A DNA stretch of 64,000 nt from Methanothrix sp. (lineage in GTDB: Archaea; Halobacteriota; Methanosarcinia; Methanotrichales; Methanotrichaceae). Below the pieces are notes generated by a model that saw only the letters and a list, made by a program, of their open reading frames with translations, had not been told where the DNA came from and ran no database searches. This document shows positions 59,664-64,000 of this stretch, in pieces. How positions within the stretch are numbered: position 1 is the first letter of the stretch; each line of letters opens with the position of its first letter. Location: NCBI GenBank assembly GCA_963682135.1, contig OY821645.1, forward strand, positions 544,001-608,000, given 5' to 3'. The translations under genes were made by a program, and so were the position numbers.

Positions 59664-59912
59664 TTATTTCCTAAAATGAAATCCACAGGTCTGAATCGTA
59701 TCTAAATCCTCAGGCGTCAACGGAAATGCCTTGCAGATACTGGGACGAATACGGTATATCCTGCAACGCTTGTTCTTGGCATCATGGGCGAGGCAAAACT
59801 CGCAGCATTTGCCGCATCGTGCGCACTCTCCGTGCCTCTTAGCCCTCCACTCCGAGACCTGCTTATTCTTAAGGTACCAGACAATCCGTCTTCTAATCCA
59901 TCCGTCTAACAT
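59664..59912 (-). CDS. YkgJ-type cysteine-cluster protein
   Basis: CARCGKCC, C.IY..RP.IC..FP. Confidence 0.7.
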   Translation of the reverse strand: MLDGWIRRRIVWYLKNKQVSEWRAKRHGECARCGKCCEFCLAHDAKNKRCRIYRIRPSICKAFPLTPEDLDTIQTCGFHFRK

Positions 59913-60156
59913 GGGGAACCTGACTCATGGGCCCGATGATAATGCAATACTTAAAGCAATGCATTCAGCCCGGCAGTTGAAGCCACAGAAACGATTAAAA
60001 AGATTACGGCCCGCAGGCCTGTGGCAGACTTCTTGGGTTGAGGTACTCATTCGGATGAATATTGGTTTTATCCCCAAGGTTTATCTAAATGCAAAGAGAT
60101 ATGAAATAAGATCAGAGTATCATGCTTAGCGAAAAATCATTTCAGGTGATGCAAGA

Positions 60157-60732
60157 ATGAAGAGCCTTAAAGGCACCAAGACAGAGAAGAATCTGATGAC
60201 AGCATTTGCAGGTGAATCACAGGCCCGAAATAGATATTCATATTTTGCCTCTCAGGCAAAAAAAGAGGGCTACGAGCAGATTGCTGCTATATTCCTGGAC
60301 ACTGCCGACAATGAAAAGGAGCATGCAAAAGTTCTTTTCAAGCTGCTGGAGGGCGGGGAGGCAGAAGTTTCTGCGCATTTTCCGGCAGGAGTTATTGCAG
60401 AAACCAGCGCAAATCTATTGGGTGCAGCAAAAGGCGAACGATTTGAATACTCAGAAATGTACCCATCCTTTGCAAAGACCGCCCAGTCTGAGGGTTTTCC
60501 TGAGATTGCCACAACCTTCCTCAACATCGCCGTCGCCGAACAAGGGCATGAAAAAAGGTATCTAACCCTGAAAAAGAACCTTGATGAGGGTGCGACCTTC
60601 AAGAGAGAAGGCAAGATGGTCTGGAGATGTCGCAATTGCGGATATCTGCATGAGGGCAACGCAGCTCCTGATGAGTGCCCTGCCTGCAAACACGAGCAGG
60701 CATACTTTGAGGTCTTTGGAGAGGTTTATTAG
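60157..60732 (+). CDS. rbr: Rubrerythrin
   Basis: AFAGESQARNRY, EKEHA, E..HE and WRCRNCGY...CPACKH. Confidence 0.95.
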   Translation: MKSLKGTKTEKNLMTAFAGESQARNRYSYFASQAKKEGYEQIAAIFLDTADNEKEHAKVLFKLLEGGEAEVSAHFPAGVIAETSANLLGAAKGERFEYSEMYPSFAKTAQSEGFPEIATTFLNIAVAEQGHEKRYLTLKKNLDEGATFKREGKMVWRCRNCGYLHEGNAAPDECPACKHEQAYFEVFGEVY

Positions 60733-60830
60733 AGAACGCAAAGCAGACAAAAATGTCTGCCGAAATCTCCATTTTCCCGAAGCACAGCGTATTTATGTTA
60801 ATGCACCGCATGCCAGATACGGGGAATGGA

Positions 60831-61166
60831 ATGAGACGAATGATATTGATAATCGGTGTGCTTATAGCTCTGGTTCTCTTAGCGCAATGCAAACCATTAG
60901 TCAATCTAGGCGGCAAGGAAGGAAATTTGATATTTGGCGGATTGACAAACAATTCGACCCCCAATTCATCGATCAACCTCTCCCAGAACGGTTCTCTCCT
61001 GTCTCTTGGCGGAGAGGAGGGAAATTCAATGCTACAGGATTTGGCAAATGCCTCAAAAAATCTCTCCGATTGGGGATCTGCGCCACCTAAGGCACCGTTG
61101 CCTCCCACTTACGATCCCAAGCTGGAAAATACCATAGCGATATTAAAAGCGAATCATGGATTTTGA
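60831..61166 (+). CDS. Secreted hypothetical protein
   Basis: Signal peptide; LSDWGSAP motif shared with the next gene. Confidence 0.6.
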   Translation: MRRMILIIGVLIALVLLAQCKPLVNLGGKEGNLIFGGLTNNSTPNSSINLSQNGSLLSLGGEEGNSMLQDLANASKNLSDWGSAPPKAPLPPTYDPKLENTIAILKANHGF

Positions 61167-61176
61167 GGAGATTTAG

Positions 61177-61578
61177 ATGAAAGCTTCATTGGTCGCAATT
61201 ATCTGCATATGCGTCGCCCTGGTATGCATACCACTATCGTGTGGATTTCAAAGCGTCGGCGAGGACTTTGGGACTTCATGGCTGGACAAGTATGGGACAA
61301 ACCCGGTCAGCACCCTGGAAATTGCCAATAACCTATGGAACTGGGGCAGTGCACCCAAGGGATTCGGACTTCATGAAGGCGTCCTCTACCCTCCGGGAAC
61401 CGAGCCTCAATGGTATTATCCTACCAGCTATTCGGACTACACTCCGATCATTATAAATCGGACAGATTCACGCAATCTTGATTCCCAAAATGCCTTAAAC
61501 GTGGATCCCTGGCTGCTCTCCCAGCTCTCGGGAAGGCCCGTGGTTCTGGTCAAAGAGCCTAAGGGCACTCTATTCTAA
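61177..61578 (+). CDS. Secreted hypothetical protein
   Basis: Signal peptide; LWNWGSAPKG motif. Confidence 0.7.
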   Translation: MKASLVAIICICVALVCIPLSCGFQSVGEDFGTSWLDKYGTNPVSTLEIANNLWNWGSAPKGFGLHEGVLYPPGTEPQWYYPTSYSDYTPIIINRTDSRNLDSQNALNVDPWLLSQLSGRPVVLVKEPKGTLF

Positions 61579-61592
61579 AAAATTTTTCATCC

Positions 61593-62645
61593 ATGAAGAT
61601 AATTCAGATATCTCCCTATTTTCCGCCCCATGTAGGGGGAGTGGAGTATCATGTAAAAGAGCTGGCCGATGGCCTCGTCGGGAGAGGGCATCAGGTTAGC
61701 GTTGCCTCGTCTTGTGGAAGATGGACCGGAGAGATGGTTCGCATACCGAGCATTGACTTATTTTATTCTCCGATACCAATTAAATTACCTCAATTTGAGG
61801 CGGATGTCTTTCACAGCCATATCCCAAGCCCTCTCTTTGCGTTCATGCTTCGCAGGGCAACGCCGCATGTTGTCACCTACCACAATGATGTGGTGATTCC
61901 GGGAAGGGTAAATGGGCATTTAATGCCCCGTGCATTTGCCGCTTCTTTGGAGAGGATAAATGAGAGTATGGTCCGGCCAGTTCTGGAAGAGGCAGAGATC
62001 GTTATAGCTACCACAAAGAGCTATGCTTCGACCTCTCCCGTCCTCAAGGATTATCAGCATAAGCTGAAAATTGTGCCCAATGCGGTGAATGTCTCTCTTT
62101 ATCCACAAGTTCGCAAGAAAGAGAATTACGTGCTCTATGCAGGCAGAATGCTCAGCTACAAGGGAGTCGAGACTCTGATCTTTGCCATGAGCGAGGTGCA
62201 AAAGAGGACGGATCTGCAGCTTCTGCTGGTAGGAGAAGGCTATGATCGCAGCCGCTTAGAGGAATTGGCGAGACGGCTGCATGTTCGGGCAAAGTTCACA
62301 GGGAGGTTGGAGCGAAGCATGTTTATAGATACAATCTCCCGAGCTGAAATGCTTATCTTGCCCACCCAAAACCGACTGGAGGCTTTCGGCATCGTTCTCC
62401 TGGAAGCCATGGCCTGCGAGACGCCGGTTCTCGCTTTTGACACTCCCGGAGTAAACGAGGTGGCAGAAAATGGAGGCATGATCTACACCAGCATGCAGGA
62501 ACTTTGCGAGCTTATCCTGGAGCTTCATGAAAACGAGCAGCAAAGAGCGTGTCTCGGGGATAAGGGAAGGAGAGCTGTAGAGGAGAATTACTCCTGGAAG
62601 AGGGCGCTTGATTGCATGGAATCGATCTATCAAGAAGTTGCTTAG
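61593..62645 (+). CDS. GT4 glycosyltransferase
   Basis: YFPPHVGGVE, GR....KG and EAFGIVLLEAMA. Confidence 0.92.
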   Translation: MKIIQISPYFPPHVGGVEYHVKELADGLVGRGHQVSVASSCGRWTGEMVRIPSIDLFYSPIPIKLPQFEADVFHSHIPSPLFAFMLRRATPHVVTYHNDVVIPGRVNGHLMPRAFAASLERINESMVRPVLEEAEIVIATTKSYASTSPVLKDYQHKLKIVPNAVNVSLYPQVRKKENYVLYAGRMLSYKGVETLIFAMSEVQKRTDLQLLLVGEGYDRSRLEELARRLHVRAKFTGRLERSMFIDTISRAEMLILPTQNRLEAFGIVLLEAMACETPVLAFDTPGVNEVAENGGMIYTSMQELCELILELHENEQQRACLGDKGRRAVEENYSWKRALDCMESIYQEVA

Positions 62646-62654
62646 AGAGGGAAT

Positions 62655-63647
62655 TTGAGCATCAAGCTTAAAGATGAAAGGGTAAAGGCCGTACTGCTGG
62701 CAGTGTTCATGAGCCTGGCTGCAATTATCCTCATATTAAAATTTACAGATACCAATATAAGCTGGAAGATGCTCACTGTAGTTCAGGGGCGTTTTTTGAT
62801 CCTGGGGCTTGTCTTGCATATGTTCTCCTGGATATTTTATGCTGTCAGGCTCAAGCTCCTGGCCTCTCTCGCCGGACATGAAATAAGTTTTCGCCTCTCG
62901 CTTATTTCGACACTGGCGTCAAATTTCCTTGCGGCCCTCACTCCCTCTTCCGCGGGAGGGGAGCCTTTGCGCATCAAGATCCTGGCAGACGACGGCATGA
63001 GCTACGGCAGCGCAACGGCCGTGGCCGTAGGTGAGCGACTGCTGGACAGCATTTTCTTTGTCTCATCCCTGGCTTTGTTTCTTATTTTCTCCGACTTTTT
63101 GACCGGTTTCGGTCTAAAGATCGGGGCCTTCTTTGTCGTCCTTCTCTTTGTTATCCTGACATTTCTCTGGCAGCTTGTCAACCGCCCCGAGAGAATTGCC
63201 GGATTCTTGTTATGGCTGAAAAAGAAGACCGGCAACAGACCCATTATCTTTTCTTTAGAGCGAGAGATATGGCTCTTTCGCGAAGCCGGCATTCAGCTCG
63301 CCAGGGAGACATTGCGACGCACGCCGGTGATGGCCGGACTTACCGCACTCATCTGGATGTGTGATTTCCTGGTCCCATCAGCCCTGCTAATCGGCATGGG
63401 AGCAGAGCCAAAGTTCCTTCTCTCCATTACATCCCAGATTATCCTGGCCATAATTGCCATCCTGCCACTGACACCGGGCGGCAGCGGCGTAGCCGAGTTA
63501 TCCATGAGCTATCTCTACTCCATGTTTGTACCGCCTGCGCTGCTGGGGCCTCTGGTCATCCTCTGGCGCGCCGTTACCTACTTCTCCAACATTGTGGTGG
63601 GAGCGGCCTTTGCCGGAGCTTCCATCAACTGCATGAAGAAAAAGTAA
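62655..63647 (+). CDS. Flippase-like membrane protein (lysylphosphatidylglycerol synthase TM family)
   Basis: TPSSAGGEP, ERLLD, PLTPGGSGVAE and LWR..TY. Confidence 0.85.
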   Translation: MSIKLKDERVKAVLLAVFMSLAAIILILKFTDTNISWKMLTVVQGRFLILGLVLHMFSWIFYAVRLKLLASLAGHEISFRLSLISTLASNFLAALTPSSAGGEPLRIKILADDGMSYGSATAVAVGERLLDSIFFVSSLALFLIFSDFLTGFGLKIGAFFVVLLFVILTFLWQLVNRPERIAGFLLWLKKKTGNRPIIFSLEREIWLFREAGIQLARETLRRTPVMAGLTALIWMCDFLVPSALLIGMGAEPKFLLSITSQIILAIIAILPLTPGGSGVAELSMSYLYSMFVPPALLGPLVILWRAVTYFSNIVVGAAFAGASINCMKKK

Positions 63648-63682
63648 GTCCGTTGTATTTATCTTTTGAATAAAAAATCGTA

Positions 63683-63702
63683 AGGGAAGCGGTTACTTCC
63701 CT
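63683..63702. terminator. Hairpin between convergent genes
   Basis: AGGGAAG-CGGTTA-CTTCCCT with an adjacent A/T runs. Confidence 0.45.
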
Positions 63703-63703
63703 C

Positions 63704-64000
63704 TCAATTATTGCTTGAGTTGTTCATCTTGAAAGTCAGGTACGGTGTGTACACCGTGCTGCTCTTATTGGTTGCGATGTCAGAAGTACCGGTCTTCAGG
63801 AAGCATTTTACCTTCAGGCTCCTATCTGTCAGGTCGAAGATGACATCATAGAGCGTGGTCATTGGAAGGGGTCTGACGGCTCCCTGGTATTCAAGAATTG
63901 AGTTGACCATGACGGTAGATATCGCATAGGCAGCGTCTTCCTCTGAGAACTTGCCCGGATGGCTGTTGGTGAAGTTATACAGCGTCCTATAGCGATTGAA
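63704..64000 (-). CDS. C-terminal part of a probable Ntn-hydrolase (C45/C59-like), truncated by window edge
   Basis: Frame open to the edge: FNRYRTL...TTLYDVIFDLTDRSLKV. Confidence 0.5.
   Translation of the reverse strand, partial: FNRYRTLYNFTNSHPGKFSEEDAAYAISTVMVNSILEYQGAVRPLPMTTLYDVIFDLTDRSLKVKCFLKTGTSDIATNKSSTVYTPYLTFKMNNSSNN

Overview
Archaeal methanogen chromosome segment, most consistent with Methanothrix (Methanosaeta). The genus is inferred from mfnA, cofH, archaeal-type leuS, hel308, nreA, aglJ and several secreted Cys/Tyr/Pro-rich proteins. Housekeeping blocks are interrupted by three accessory/defence regions. (i) A convergent pair of stand-alone TIR genes at ~1-2 kb. (ii) An island at ~8-14.8 kb with toxin-antitoxin (TA) modules and a tight minus-strand operon: CHAT caspase-like protease (with an inserted double Zn-ribbon)-STAND/NB-ARC ATPase-TPR sensor (split by a 1-nt frameshift), a 70-aa Zn-ribbon protein ending in VIRGI, and a 3-TM protein resembling Pycsar-type membrane effectors. 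This operon is the best candidate for an undescribed immune system. (iii) An island at ~42.5-53.2 kb after leuS, in which AT-rich cargo (SIR2-STAND, a polytopic membrane protein, several TA pairs) alternates with GC-rich 260-320 bp direct repeats carrying a conserved 27-bp palindromic core, suggesting a cassette array built by recombination. I recognised no rRNA, tRNA, CRISPR array, integrase or transposase. All assignments come from reading motifs by eye; no searches were run.
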